Below, piece by piece: positions 19,156-29,661 of a DNA stretch of 64,000 bases; within the stretch, counting starts at the first letter, position 1, and each line of letters starts with the position of its first letter. Under the pieces are notes generated by a model. That model was not told where the DNA came from, did no database searches, and was given only the letters and a program-made list of their open reading frames with translations. The stretch comes from a virus (Duplodnaviria > Caudoviricetes): IMG/VR virus record IMGVR_UViG_3300028410_000746; one strand, given 5' to 3'. The position numbers and the translations under genes were made by a program.

Positions 19156-22100
19156 TCAGATGAGGCCCTGAGCCGTGATCGTGAAGGAGACCTGGATGTA
19201 CTTGAGCGGGAAGACCGGCGAGTAGAACGCCACCACGCGCAACGACGTGGGGTCGTCAGCGTCGGGGATGGCCGACACGCCCGTGAAGGCCACGATGATG
19301 TTCTGGTCCACGAGAGCGTTCAAGAGGCCCGAGAGGGCTGCCTCGACGTCCTGGGGACGCTGAATGAGGAACTTCGTGCCGATGAACCGGTCCAGGGTCG
19401 CACGCGTCTGCTGCTGTACGAAGTCCTGAATTGCCACGATGGACGGGATACGCGTGAACACGCTCGCCGGGTTGGTCGTGAAGCCGTCACGAACCTGGAG
19501 GCTGGTGCCAGCGTCTTCGAGAACCGTCACACCATCCACCGCGAGGGCGTCCTTGGCGATCGGGTCCAGCGAACGGTTGAGGCGGGTGAACCCGACGATC
19601 GTACGGCGCGTGAGAGGCTGTGCAACGTCGAACTGGGGGTTGACGAGGACACCCGCAAGCGCGGCCGCCAGATACGTACCGTCCACGATCGTCTGGTTGG
19701 TACCACCCTCCCTGTCCGGCAAGCCCACGATGGCGCTGTCCGGGTAGAGAAGAATCGCACGTGCCGAGTTGAGCCCACGCGCGATGGCGCGAGCGTCCTC
19801 GGGACGCGTACCAGAAGCCACACCAAACACGCAGCGACGCTCCTGCTTGAAGCGAATGCCCGACTGGACCTCCGCATCCTCCGTGTACGCTCCCATCACC
19901 GTCGGATCGGTCGTGAGAGGTACCAGGATGTCCGGAGTCGCGCCGCCTGCGAGAGGCTGACGCAGCTCCAGGAGAGCGTCAAGGTAAGACGACGAAGACG
20001 CCTGACCCAGACCCGGAGCCCTCAGAACCTGCTTCGTACCCACGAGGACGGCCCCGTTGAGGATGGCGAAGTATGCCGCGAGGGTGAGGGGGTTCTCCGA
20101 AGAGAGGTCCCCGTACTCGGCCTGAATTTCCGCGAACGACGAGAACAGCTTGGTGCTGTAGTCCGTCTTACCGTAGGTGTAGGTGATGTAGTAGTAATCA
20201 CCGTTACCGGGCTCGCGGCCCGCCGAGTTGAAGGTCGTGACCGTGGCCGTGTCTCCCACGCCCACGTCCTGAGTCGAGGTTACGACAAGCTCAATGCCTC
20301 CCGCCGCCTTGACCACGCGAGATGCCGACGTCTCGAAGACCTCCGACACCACCAGGGTGAAGCTCTCGCCCACGGGGTAATCCCCTGCGAGGTCGGAGAG
20401 CAGCGTGAAGGTGAGACCCGTACGTGCATCCACGTAGGTCTGTCCCGCACGGCCTTCGCCAGCCGACCCAGTTGCGGAGTTGGACGACACGGTGAACGTA
20501 TCACCCGAAGCCACACCCGAAGCCGAATCGCCAGACACCCAGCCGATGCCCGTGTCGTTGAGAACGCTCGTCGCCCCGTCTCCGATCGTGATCGAAGTCG
20601 TGGCTCCCGTGGAGAAGGTCTCCAGACGGATGTACGAGCCCTCGCCCTGGATGTCCAGGACGCGCGCGAACGCCGTACCGATGAACTCCGTGCCCACAGC
20701 CGGGACGTACCAATCAGCCGCCGTAGCGTTGAGTACCGCGACGATATCACCCGCCGAGACACGACGCTGCGCCGCTGCGTCACCTACCGAGAGGCCCACG
20801 AACTGGTTCGCGGTACCCGCTCCCACCAGAATCGACGAGTTGTTGTCCTCAGAAGCGGACGTCAGGCGAAGCGCGCCGCCCTCATCCACGACAGTACCCG
20901 CCGCGCCGATCTCAGTGTCGATGATCGTGGCAATGTCCGCCACCGAAGCGACGCCACCAAAGCCAGTTGCCGTGTACTCCACCCCGTCCACCGAGACGAT
21001 GAACGTCGCGCCTGCCGTGGCCGCGAGCTGGATGATATCGTTCCCTGCGATCGACGATCCCAGGAGGGTTGCGCTCTTGTTGACCGCCCCCTCCGTGCCG
21101 TTGACCACCGAGAAGTCCGAGAAGCCCAGCGTCGCGTTGGCGTTGCCGTCCAGGATACGAACCCTGGACACGTCACCGGGACCTGCCGGGGTCGTACGCG
21201 AGCGGAGAAGGATTCGATCCGAATCCACACCACCATCACGACCCAGCGCCACGAACACGTTATCCGCAGACGACGCGTCAACGAAGCCCAAGGTCGCGTT
21301 GGCGTCCCCAGCTCCGATCACGAGCGTCCCGGAAGCCTCAAGCACGACAGCTCCGCCCACGTCCGAAACGTTGACGTCGTTTCCTACCGTAGCGACGTCA
21401 CCTACGGTGAGACCTGCCAGACCGAGCGCCGTACCAATGTCTGATACGACATCGGCTGCGGTCTGTGCCGCGCCCGCCGTAAGCGTCACGCTAACGACCG
21501 TTCCGTTGACCGTGAGGTCGAAGGTGTCGTTGGTCGCCAGGACGATGTTGTAAGGCTCTGCGACCGAACCCGTAAACGTGGCCGTCGTCGGAGCTGCCCG
21601 AACGATGGCGTCCACCACCTCAGCGAGAGTCACCGCAGCGCCCAAGGGGAGCGTCGCCGTGTAGGCTACGCCGTCCAGCTCGTACTCGAAGACATCGTTG
21701 GTCGCTGCCACGATCTCAAAGGTCGCTGCGTCTCCGAGCGCCTCCGACACCATGACCGCGAATGCGGGTGCGTTGAGGCCCACGACGAGATCGTCGCCGC
21801 TGACGTTGACGTACAGCGTATCAGACTGAGCCGCGTAGATGTCGTACAGCTCGGGCGAGCTGTTCGTGAGAACCGCCGACTCCGCCGCCGAATCCGTGAA
21901 CAGAACCGTCACAGTCTCGTTGACACCGCTGGTCCCCGAGAGGAACGCATCCGGGTTGGTCTCGGAGCCCGACGGGAAGTTGGCCGTGAAGGCCGCCGAG
22001 GACTTCGTACCGAACTCGACACCGCGAAGGATCGAACCAAGGCTGGAGCTACGCACGGTGTACTGACCCGCCGTCGAAGGAGTCGACTGCGTGTTGACCT

Positions 22101-23718
22101 GGAGGGTCACCGTGTCGTCCTGGAGACGCGAGTAGTAATAGGTGGCCCAGACGCTGTGGTTGGGAGGGATAGGATCTGCCACCGTGACACGACGCGTGGT
22201 CGGGTCAACGTTGACGACCGTGCGCTCGCCTTCCGCGATCGCCTCCGCGAGGGTCACGCCGTGGTACACCTGCACGAGGTCCGCGCGAGACGTCGGCTGA
22301 CCCGTACGGCCATTGGACGTCTGCGAGAACAGAGACACGCTCAAGGGAGTGCTGCGGCCGTTGCCCGTGGTAGGAACGCGGTCCAGGACCACGATCTTGT
22401 CCGACTGACGAGCCGGCGTTACGGCACGGTCCACGAAGCGGGTCGCCCCCTCCAGGTACACGCGGCTGTCTACCAGCGTCGCCGTGATCTGAGTGTCGTC
22501 GAAGGCCTCGGTACCCGTGGTGCGGACACCCGAGGTGACCGTCACAGCCGATCCCCAGAGGATACGGCCCGAGGTGTCGAGTACGTAGTCCACGCCCTGC
22601 ACGAAGTCACGGCGGCCGGGGCTGATGCCCACGCGCACGACGTTACGAACGTCCGTGTCGGGGAGGTAGTCGAACGTGTCCTGGAAGTTGTTGAAGAAGT
22701 ACGTCACGACGACTTCCGAGCCTACCGGAGGAGCCTCGGAGAGCGTCACCGCACCGTTGGCACCGTCGACAGACTGAACCGTCACCGCCACGTCATCCAC
22801 GGTCACCGTAACGTCCGTGGGGTTCGTCGAGGTGATCCCGCCATTGTCACCGGTGACGATCGGCGCCTGATACGTGAAGAACGTACGGTTGCGCGATGTG
22901 GACTGACCCGAGACAAAGCCCAGCGTCGAGTTGACCGTGCCCGCCCCGAGCACGAGCGACCCGTCCGCCGAGAGCTGAACACGAGCGTTGCCCTGGTTGT
23001 CGGAATCCACCGAGGCCGTGAGGCCTGTGATCAGCGCCGCGCTAATGTCGAGGACGATCTGAGCTGCCGTGCGAGCGAGCCCCGCAGTCAGCGTCACCGT
23101 CTGGGGGCCCGCACCGTCCACCGAAACGATGAACGTATCGTTGACGCCCGAGGAGATGTCGTAGGTCTGAGCCTGCGCGCCGAGGAGGACACCCGCGTCC
23201 GAAGACACCTGAGTGCTCAAGTCGTCCGAGGTCTGCGTGTCCGTACGGTTGAAGAAGTACGTCACGCGGACGTCTGCATCACTGGCCGGAGGAAGCTGAA
23301 GCGTCACGATGCCTCGCGCGCCGTCAACCGCCGCTGGGCTGACCAGCTCACCGTTGACCGTGACCGAGAGGTCCTGAGGATCGGAGGTGGTCTCACCACG
23401 TCCCGAACCCGTGACGATCGGGAAGTTCCTCACACGGATCAACGCCTCCACACCGGTCGAGTCTCCCAAAAGAGGCGCGTCCGGGTTGGAGTTGTCAACC
23501 ACGAAGCGGCCCGTTGCCGTCTCGTTGGTGATACGCTGGTCGGCGGCCGCCGAGGACCCTCGAATCAGCTCAAAGTCAGAGCGACTGAGCGTCTCCGCCC
23601 CCACACCAACCAGCAAAGGAATTCGGACGCCCACTGGGGGTCCCGAGGCATCCTGCTGGACCTGTGTGCTCGTGAATACGCCGGGTGGGGCATAGCTGTC
23701 AAATGGTCCACTGGCCAC
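19156..23718 (-). CDS. tail sheath protein (1520 aa) with large inserted domains
   Basis: N-terminal YAPPGVF; C-terminal sheath core LAAALAG...PLTRRTIVGF...GVTVLE...RFIG...FYSPVFPLKYIQVSFTI. Confidence 0.88.
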   Translation of the reverse strand: MASGPFDSYAPPGVFTSTQVQQDASGPPVGVRIPLLVGVGAETLSRSDFELIRGSSAAADQRITNETATGRFVVDNSNPDAPLLGDSTGVEALIRVRNFPIVTGSGRGETTSDPQDLSVTVNGELVSPAAVDGARGIVTLQLPPASDADVRVTYFFNRTDTQTSDDLSTQVSSDAGVLLGAQAQTYDISSGVNDTFIVSVDGAGPQTVTLTAGLARTAAQIVLDISAALITGLTASVDSDNQGNARVQLSADGSLVLGAGTVNSTLGFVSGQSTSRNRTFFTYQAPIVTGDNGGITSTNPTDVTVTVDDVAVTVQSVDGANGAVTLSEAPPVGSEVVVTYFFNNFQDTFDYLPDTDVRNVVRVGISPGRRDFVQGVDYVLDTSGRILWGSAVTVTSGVRTTGTEAFDDTQITATLVDSRVYLEGATRFVDRAVTPARQSDKIVVLDRVPTTGNGRSTPLSVSLFSQTSNGRTGQPTSRADLVQVYHGVTLAEAIAEGERTVVNVDPTTRRVTVADPIPPNHSVWATYYYSRLQDDTVTLQVNTQSTPSTAGQYTVRSSSLGSILRGVEFGTKSSAAFTANFPSGSETNPDAFLSGTSGVNETVTVLFTDSAAESAVLTNSSPELYDIYAAQSDTLYVNVSGDDLVVGLNAPAFAVMVSEALGDAATFEIVAATNDVFEYELDGVAYTATLPLGAAVTLAEVVDAIVRAAPTTATFTGSVAEPYNIVLATNDTFDLTVNGTVVSVTLTAGAAQTAADVVSDIGTALGLAGLTVGDVATVGNDVNVSDVGGAVVLEASGTLVIGAGDANATLGFVDASSADNVFVALGRDGGVDSDRILLRSRTTPAGPGDVSRVRILDGNANATLGFSDFSVVNGTEGAVNKSATLLGSSIAGNDIIQLAATAGATFIVSVDGVEYTATGFGGVASVADIATIIDTEIGAAGTVVDEGGALRLTSASEDNNSSILVGAGTANQFVGLSVGDAAAQRRVSAGDIVAVLNATAADWYVPAVGTEFIGTAFARVLDIQGEGSYIRLETFSTGATTSITIGDGATSVLNDTGIGWVSGDSASGVASGDTFTVSSNSATGSAGEGRAGQTYVDARTGLTFTLLSDLAGDYPVGESFTLVVSEVFETSASRVVKAAGGIELVVTSTQDVGVGDTATVTTFNSAGREPGNGDYYYITYTYGKTDYSTKLFSSFAEIQAEYGDLSSENPLTLAAYFAILNGAVLVGTKQVLRAPGLGQASSSSYLDALLELRQPLAGGATPDILVPLTTDPTVMGAYTEDAEVQSGIRFKQERRCVFGVASGTRPEDARAIARGLNSARAILLYPDSAIVGLPDREGGTNQTIVDGTYLAAALAGVLVNPQFDVAQPLTRRTIVGFTRLNRSLDPIAKDALAVDGVTVLEDAGTSLQVRDGFTTNPASVFTRIPSIVAIQDFVQQQTRATLDRFIGTKFLIQRPQDVEAALSGLLNALVDQNIIVAFTGVSAIPDADDPTSLRVVAFYSPVFPLKYIQVSFTITAQGLI

Positions 23719-23783
23719 GACGTCCTCTCATGATTGGGGGCGGTGTGTGAGATGTACTGTCACCGCAGTTAGATATTGATAGA

Positions 23784-24290
23784 TTATGATGGCTTGATGG
23801 GCTCCACTTGCGGGATACCCTTCGCCTCACGGTCCTGGCGATGCTCCGAGAGCACCTTACTGTAGGTTCGATGATACCGCTGGAATCTAGTGACTTCATC
23901 GGGCTTCATGGGGACGTAATCCCCGCCCTCTACCTTGAGAGGAACCTGTCCCTCTCCTCCCGCGTCTCGCTGGACTTGACGCTTGCGCGAGAACCTATCT
24001 TTGTAGGTCTCCCACGCATCCTTGGAGTCTCGACCTACCCTGAGGTCAATGTCCGTGTCCAGGCTATGAACTCCCGTGTTACCATGCACTTTGCCGTCGC
24101 CAAACGAGAACCCAAAGCCCGTGATCTTGCGAGTTGCCCCCTCCCCGCAAGCAGGACAGGGGTGAGACGCGGGCGCGCCCTCCACACCTCGAATGAGCTT
24201 CTCGAAGAGCGTTCCACAGGTACACTGGAATTCGTACATCGGCATCGGATAGACCTCTAAACGCGGGGAACGCAGGCGTGAATTACTCAC
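23784..24290 (-). CDS. FmdB-like zinc-ribbon protein
   Basis: MPMYEFQCTCG..FE...HPCPACG. Confidence 0.8.
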   Translation of the reverse strand: MSNSRLRSPRLEVYPMPMYEFQCTCGTLFEKLIRGVEGAPASHPCPACGEGATRKITGFGFSFGDGKVHGNTGVHSLDTDIDLRVGRDSKDAWETYKDRFSRKRQVQRDAGGEGQVPLKVEGGDYVPMKPDEVTRFQRYHRTYSKVLSEHRQDREAKGIPQVEPIKPS

Positions 24291-24320
24291 GCCCCTACTA
24301 GAGTACGAGACACAAACGAA

Positions 24321-26102
24321 TCACCGGACGCGTTCGATGTCTCCACCCGCGATAAGGACCGCACCTTGCAGATCCTCCAGGGTCACCACGTTGAAGCCGT
24401 CTGGGCGTCCCGAGAGCTGACCCGACGCCACCTGAGCATCCTGCTCAAAGGTGAACGGCGTCACGCGACGCAGGATCAGAGGACGCTCAATGTGAATCTC
24501 CCAGTCCGCCTTGAGCTGGATGGAGATGTTGGCCAGATAGTAATAATCGTCTCCGACCTCATCGTAGGGCTCCTCAGACTCACCACCCATGCTGACCGAC
24601 TCAAGAGCCATGCCCTCCTCCGCCAGACGCTCACGACGACGCTGGAAGAGGTACAGGACCACGAGGTCCGCCACCTCACTACGAGACATGGCATCACGAG
24701 CGATGATGTCGAAGTCGAGTGACACGTCTGCCTTGCCTCCGTAGACGTCTGCCACGTCCTCTCGCGTTGCCGTAACCACGACCGCGCCCACGTCCCCATC
24801 CTTGAGAGACGACCCGAACGCCAGGACCGCTCCTGGAATGGCGTCCACGTTGGAGAAGTCCCCATCACCAATGAAGAAGGGGCCCCGAGTCGCCTCCGGG
24901 TACAGGTAGTCCGCCGAGATGCGCACGCCCTGATCAAAAGGATGTAGGAACGTCACCTCACCCGTAGCCGCATCCAACGAGTAGTCGCCCGCGTCCTCGG
25001 TCCCAACCACCAAGCTCGTAGCAGATACCCCCAGGTTCAACTCCGCGACGATATCCGCGACCGGACGTTGAGGTGCTGCCGTCAAGGAGACCTCAACCTC
25101 CACGCCATCTACCACAACACGAAAGGTCGAGCCGGCTCTTACGGTAGGCTGTGCCAGGAGCCCCGTGACGCTGACGGGAACGAACCCCTGCGCGAAACCA
25201 AACACGGCGTTGGCCGGGCTCACGAGATCCGACACGAACTCTACCGAGGTCGCACCTGTGATCTGCAAGGCTCCGCCCACATCCTCCAAAGGCGCCTCCG
25301 TGCGTCCGATGCCTGCCACATCGAAGGCGGTCCTCAGCTCCGCGATCACCTGAGCCACCGTGAGCGTGCCCGCGCTGAATACCAGGGACGCAGACTTGCC
25401 ATTGACCTCCAGGGAGAACGAATCGTCCACGCCGGAGGTGAACGTGTAGTCTCCCGTGAGGGGGGCAGGAGCCACCGCAGGTACGTAACCCAGGGGAACT
25501 CCAAGCCTGAGATGAGAAGACGAGCCCCCCACGAACAGGGACTGATCCGCCGAGAGCGTGAGGGCAGACCCCGAGAGGAGGCCATGGCCTGACTGCATAT
25601 AGAGACGCAGGGAGCCTCCAAGCAGCGGCGTCGTCAGGAGGAGCGCCGACGTCTCCAGACCCGTCACAAACTCAATGAGAGGCTCAGCCGTGACCCTCAA
25701 GAGGGGGTCCACGTAGAACTGGAACTCCTCACAGCTATTCGCTGGGTTGACCCCCAGGGATTCGAGCTGGAGGTAGTAGACCCCTGGAGAGGTTGGGAAC
25801 CCCTGCACCGTCTCAAGGAGCCGGTCGTTCTCTCGAATCCACTCGATGAAGCTGCCTTCGTGATCGTCCACGTGCGCATACATGATGTGCGAATTGAGGG
25901 TCCCCAGAAAGTTATCCGCGCTCAAGGACAGAGGCGTCAAGGAGGCGCCCTGGATCACGATGCCCTGCTGAGGCCGCTCCTTGAAGTCGTACTTGTCACG
26001 GATGAAGTCCGCGATGTGCTCGTACTGCGCGTTGCTTTGAAAGCAGTATTGCAGCGCAGTCTTGATCCGCTTCTTGACCACTCGCGTGAACTGGTGGAAC
26101 AT
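24321..26102 (-). CDS. virion structural protein (tail completion/sheath-associated)
   Basis: Adjacent to sheath; shares the sheath's inserted module (DSFSLEVNG...TVAQVIAEL). Confidence 0.6.
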   Translation of the reverse strand: MFHQFTRVVKKRIKTALQYCFQSNAQYEHIADFIRDKYDFKERPQQGIVIQGASLTPLSLSADNFLGTLNSHIMYAHVDDHEGSFIEWIRENDRLLETVQGFPTSPGVYYLQLESLGVNPANSCEEFQFYVDPLLRVTAEPLIEFVTGLETSALLLTTPLLGGSLRLYMQSGHGLLSGSALTLSADQSLFVGGSSSHLRLGVPLGYVPAVAPAPLTGDYTFTSGVDDSFSLEVNGKSASLVFSAGTLTVAQVIAELRTAFDVAGIGRTEAPLEDVGGALQITGATSVEFVSDLVSPANAVFGFAQGFVPVSVTGLLAQPTVRAGSTFRVVVDGVEVEVSLTAAPQRPVADIVAELNLGVSATSLVVGTEDAGDYSLDAATGEVTFLHPFDQGVRISADYLYPEATRGPFFIGDGDFSNVDAIPGAVLAFGSSLKDGDVGAVVVTATREDVADVYGGKADVSLDFDIIARDAMSRSEVADLVVLYLFQRRRERLAEEGMALESVSMGGESEEPYDEVGDDYYYLANISIQLKADWEIHIERPLILRRVTPFTFEQDAQVASGQLSGRPDGFNVVTLEDLQGAVLIAGGDIERVR

Positions 26103-26105
26103 GGA

Positions 26106-27584
26106 TCACCCGAAGGTAGTGAAGTTGAAGACGCGCGAGGTATCCTCGTCGTCGTAGCGAACCGTGAGCGTGTACGAGGGATACTCGTTGATGCCCATAC
26201 GCATGGTGTGCTCCCGACCCTTACGATCATCGAACGTAAAGCTCCGGCGAGAGCCTCGATCATAGAAGCTGCGGAAGTTGAGCACGCGGTCCACGTCCTT
26301 CTTGTAGAAGACACCTTCGCCGTAGGCCTCGTTGACCCAGTTGTAGAGGGCCTCGTCGGTCATATCTCCCGAGAGCAGCTTGGTATAGGCGTCGGGCGTC
26401 TTCTGGGCCCACACGACATCCAGCTCGCCAGGGTTGCGCTGAATCTCAACCTCACCGTCCTCAAAAGACGTAACCATGTAGTCCTTCATCGGATCGTTGA
26501 GCACAAGCTCCAAGACCGCCTCGGTGATGTCGGACGTAATCACATCACGGTTCGTGCTTACGACATGCTGAAGAGAGTCCAGCTCCACGCTCTTGGGACG
26601 GCTGAACCAGCCGAAAGAGGGATCACGACGACTCGGGCGGAAGGTCGCCCCGAAGCTGATACGCTGTCCCACGAGGTCCTGTCCGTAGCCGTCGCCTCGA
26701 CGTAGAATCTTGGCAGGCGCCGTACCCTCCACCTCAAAGGGGTTCCCCTCCAGGTCGCGGGCGCGCACGCGCATCTTGGTAGATGGACCATAATCGCCGC
26801 CGTAGTCCTCTCGCACCGACAGGATCTCTCCGCCCTTGATCACACCAGCTCCGTCCGGGACGAACCCCTTGGCATTGGTGGCCCCCTCGACCTCGAAGAA
26901 GCCGAACTCCGCATCACGCTTGCTGCGGATCACCTTCCCCTTGAACTTGACCTTGGTACCCCTGGCGGGGTCGTTGGTGTAGAGGTCCGCGAGGCTTGCG
27001 TCGATGTTGCCAAAGAGCTTGAACATCTGACCCTCCTTAACCACGCTCAAGAGCATGGCGGGGCCCTTCTGGTTGGTCTTGGTCGAAATGACCGTACCCA
27101 CCACCTCGTACACCCCCTCAACCACCTCACCCATTACGGGCGCGTCATCCGAAGCGATGTCAGGTGCGTTGAGGTCGGTCCGCTCGAACTTGAGCTTCCG
27201 AGGATTGGGGAGCTGGCCATCCGTGCGAAGCTTCGAGCTGGTCCAAGCCACCACGCCGGCCCGGTCGAGCAAGAAGTAGTAAACCTTCCCGTAGCGCTGC
27301 TGGACGATGGCGATGGCGCGCATGGACTTGCGGTTGTACCCCTTGATCTTGCGGGCCCAGTTCTCGGACTCCGTGGGGTACTGATTCTCCTTGAGCGCAT
27401 AATCCAACGCGGTCCGACCCTGAGCCGGGGAGTCGTAGAGACCCTCCCGATACTTGGCCGCCGTGAACATGGCCCGCATGAAATCAAACGCGATCTTGCT
27501 ACGCGTCGCCTGGACCGCCTTCAAGGTTGAGGAGAAGGCCGGGACGGCAGCGAGTCGGGTCAGAAGCATAGACAGAGAATTCAT
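26106..27584 (-). CDS. hypothetical protein, possible OB-like repeats
   Basis: 492-aa ORF; two beta-rich segments ending F.G.V..S.RD..FG.F / F.AT...S.RD.SFG.F. Confidence 0.65.
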   Translation of the reverse strand: MNSLSMLLTRLAAVPAFSSTLKAVQATRSKIAFDFMRAMFTAAKYREGLYDSPAQGRTALDYALKENQYPTESENWARKIKGYNRKSMRAIAIVQQRYGKVYYFLLDRAGVVAWTSSKLRTDGQLPNPRKLKFERTDLNAPDIASDDAPVMGEVVEGVYEVVGTVISTKTNQKGPAMLLSVVKEGQMFKLFGNIDASLADLYTNDPARGTKVKFKGKVIRSKRDAEFGFFEVEGATNAKGFVPDGAGVIKGGEILSVREDYGGDYGPSTKMRVRARDLEGNPFEVEGTAPAKILRRGDGYGQDLVGQRISFGATFRPSRRDPSFGWFSRPKSVELDSLQHVVSTNRDVITSDITEAVLELVLNDPMKDYMVTSFEDGEVEIQRNPGELDVVWAQKTPDAYTKLLSGDMTDEALYNWVNEAYGEGVFYKKDVDRVLNFRSFYDRGSRRSFTFDDRKGREHTMRMGINEYPSYTLTVRYDDEDTSRVFNFTTFG

Positions 27585-27605
27585 GGGGCAGCTCGTGTGT
27601 GGGTG

Positions 27606-28871
27606 TTAGGAATCTTGCCTCGCCTGCACGAGCAGTCCCTCGGCCACAGCCGTCATGGGGTTGCTCGCGCGACGAACCTCGCTGATCTCCAGCGGGAAAC
27701 GCTTGCGGTGCTTCTTGTCAAAGACAGACTCGAAGACCTCGATGAAGCCGTCGGGGAGGCTCGTACCTCCAGAGACGACGATCGGGATGGCCGTCAGCTC
27801 CGTGTCGGACTGCTCGGCCTTGAACTGCTTGGCGATGTGCTTGAGCGCGTAGTTAATCAGGGACTTGTAGTACACGACCAAAGCCTCCTGCTCGCGGCCC
27901 ACAGGGGCAGCCAAGTTGATGCCCTTCTCCTTGATCGTACACATGCGCGAGGCCGTCGTGCCGAGAGCCTGCGCCGACTGTGCGTCAATCCAGTCGCCGC
28001 CGCGCGCGAGCGAGAACTCCATGATCGGAAGGGTCTGGTAGGACAGGGCGATGTTGACCATGCCCGAGCCGAAGCTGATGCCGATACCCGAGAAGGTCTC
28101 CTTGGCACACTCAGCGTAGATGATGGCCATCGCCTCGTTGCCCGAGATCGCCGTGTACCCCAGCTCCTCCAGGATGCGCTCGAAAGCCGCCTCGTGGTAA
28201 ACCACGTCCCTCTCCGGAGCATCCACCGGGGACGCCGGGATCGAGTAGTAGCACACCTCGTCCTCGACCTGCGGCTTGCCCAGTACGCCCTCGATCATGA
28301 TGGAGAGCACCTCCAACGCATCATGCTCCGACGCCGAGATGAGGCCTTGCGCCAGCGGACGGCGCGCCTCACGCTTGAAGAGGTTGGCGAGCTGAAGCGC
28401 GTCATCACCCAGGATCAGGATGTGGTCCTCGTACTCCACGAAGGTCGTGCCTCCGAGCTGGAGCTTGGCCTTGGCGTCCAGGTCCAGGTCCAGGAACGCA
28501 TCGCGCGTTCGGCTGGTGACCACGCCCTCTTCGGACTGCACCGCGCTCACGATGTTCATGGTCCCGATGTCCAGACCCTTGCCAAAGAAGATCTTGGCAG
28601 AGGTGGGCGCAGAGGTGGGCGGGATGAGCGTGGTCTTTCTGTCTTCGGTCATGTCTGTACTCCCAAGTTTCTCGGGGGCCGGAGTGTCATCACCCGGCTC
28701 CGCTGTATGGTAGACCTGAGGCTCGGTCAAAAGCTCAAGGTCCCACTCACCCATGCGACGTCGCACAGTTGAGGAGCTGCACCCTAGCACAGCTTGGATC
28801 TCTCGTACAGTCATTCCTTGTTTGACGAGACGCGTCAAGCGTTGTTTGGTGATGTCCAGCTTTTTAGCCAT
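27606..28871 (-). CDS. actin-like ATPase (MreB/MamK/ParM superfamily) with N-terminal HTH extension
   Basis: Phosphate-1 GLDIGTMN, connect ISGNEAMAII, phosphate-2 GISFGSGMVN, adenosine VSGGTS, NPMTAVAEG; HTH GMTVREIQAVLGCSSSTVRRR. Confidence 0.9.
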   Translation of the reverse strand: MAKKLDITKQRLTRLVKQGMTVREIQAVLGCSSSTVRRRMGEWDLELLTEPQVYHTAEPGDDTPAPEKLGSTDMTEDRKTTLIPPTSAPTSAKIFFGKGLDIGTMNIVSAVQSEEGVVTSRTRDAFLDLDLDAKAKLQLGGTTFVEYEDHILILGDDALQLANLFKREARRPLAQGLISASEHDALEVLSIMIEGVLGKPQVEDEVCYYSIPASPVDAPERDVVYHEAAFERILEELGYTAISGNEAMAIIYAECAKETFSGIGISFGSGMVNIALSYQTLPIMEFSLARGGDWIDAQSAQALGTTASRMCTIKEKGINLAAPVGREQEALVVYYKSLINYALKHIAKQFKAEQSDTELTAIPIVVSGGTSLPDGFIEVFESVFDKKHRKRFPLEISEVRRASNPMTAVAEGLLVQARQDS

Positions 28872-28940
28872 GTCTGCGTCTCGAAGCTCGGTCTGAGTCT
28901 ACCGACCTCAAGGCATTAAAAGATCACCACGGGGGCGCGC

Positions 28941-29651
28941 TCAATCCTTCCGAGCTTTACGCAGCGCCGCAAGTGCGGCTGCCGCGTCTGCTACCCCCGA
29001 CGACGACCCCTCCTCCTGCTTGCTGTTCACGGTCCCGGAGAGCTTGGAGCCCGAAGACCGAATCTTGGACGGCAGGTAAATCGGTACCTCATCGTCGTCG
29101 TCGTCGTCGTCTTCGTAATCGTCTTTCGCCTTGGTGCGCTTCGGATCAACCACGTGACCGCTCGCCACCGGATTGACCGAGATGCCCTTCTCAAGAAGCT
29201 CCTTGAGTTGAGCCAGCATCTCCCCCTGAGAGACCAGAAGCTCTCGGGTCATCTGCTGGAGGTCGTCATTGCGTGTCTGGAGGTCCTCCTGGCGATTCTG
29301 AGCGCCTTGAGGTCCCTCACCCGACTCCGTAGTCGCGTGGGGAGTTGTAGCGGCGCTAACGGGAGAGGAAGAGACAGGACGCGCGGGCGGGCTCGCGGGC
29401 GGGCTCGCGCGCCTGTACGTACGCGTGGGCTTGGGCGCGACACGAGAAGACGCCCTCGGCTGGTGCTCAAGCGCGGTCTGAACGCGAACGCGCGTCACGT
29501 GACCCTGACGGTACGCGTCCTGGAGGTCGAGGCTTCTATGAGCCAGGACGCTACTCAACGGAATCTCCGTGTCGTACGGGACGGTAACGCCGAGGTCCTT
29601 GATCGTGTGACCCCCCACGACCTCTCCACGGATGATGATCTGCTGTAGCAT
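28941..29651 (-). CDS. hypothetical protein
   Basis: 236-aa ORF, Pro/Ser linker and acidic stretch. Confidence 0.65.
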   Translation of the reverse strand: MLQQIIIRGEVVGGHTIKDLGVTVPYDTEIPLSSVLAHRSLDLQDAYRQGHVTRVRVQTALEHQPRASSRVAPKPTRTYRRASPPASPPARPVSSSPVSAATTPHATTESGEGPQGAQNRQEDLQTRNDDLQQMTRELLVSQGEMLAQLKELLEKGISVNPVASGHVVDPKRTKAKDDYEDDDDDDDEVPIYLPSKIRSSGSKLSGTVNSKQEEGSSSGVADAAAALAALRKARKD

Positions 29652-29661
29652 GTGAGCCTCC

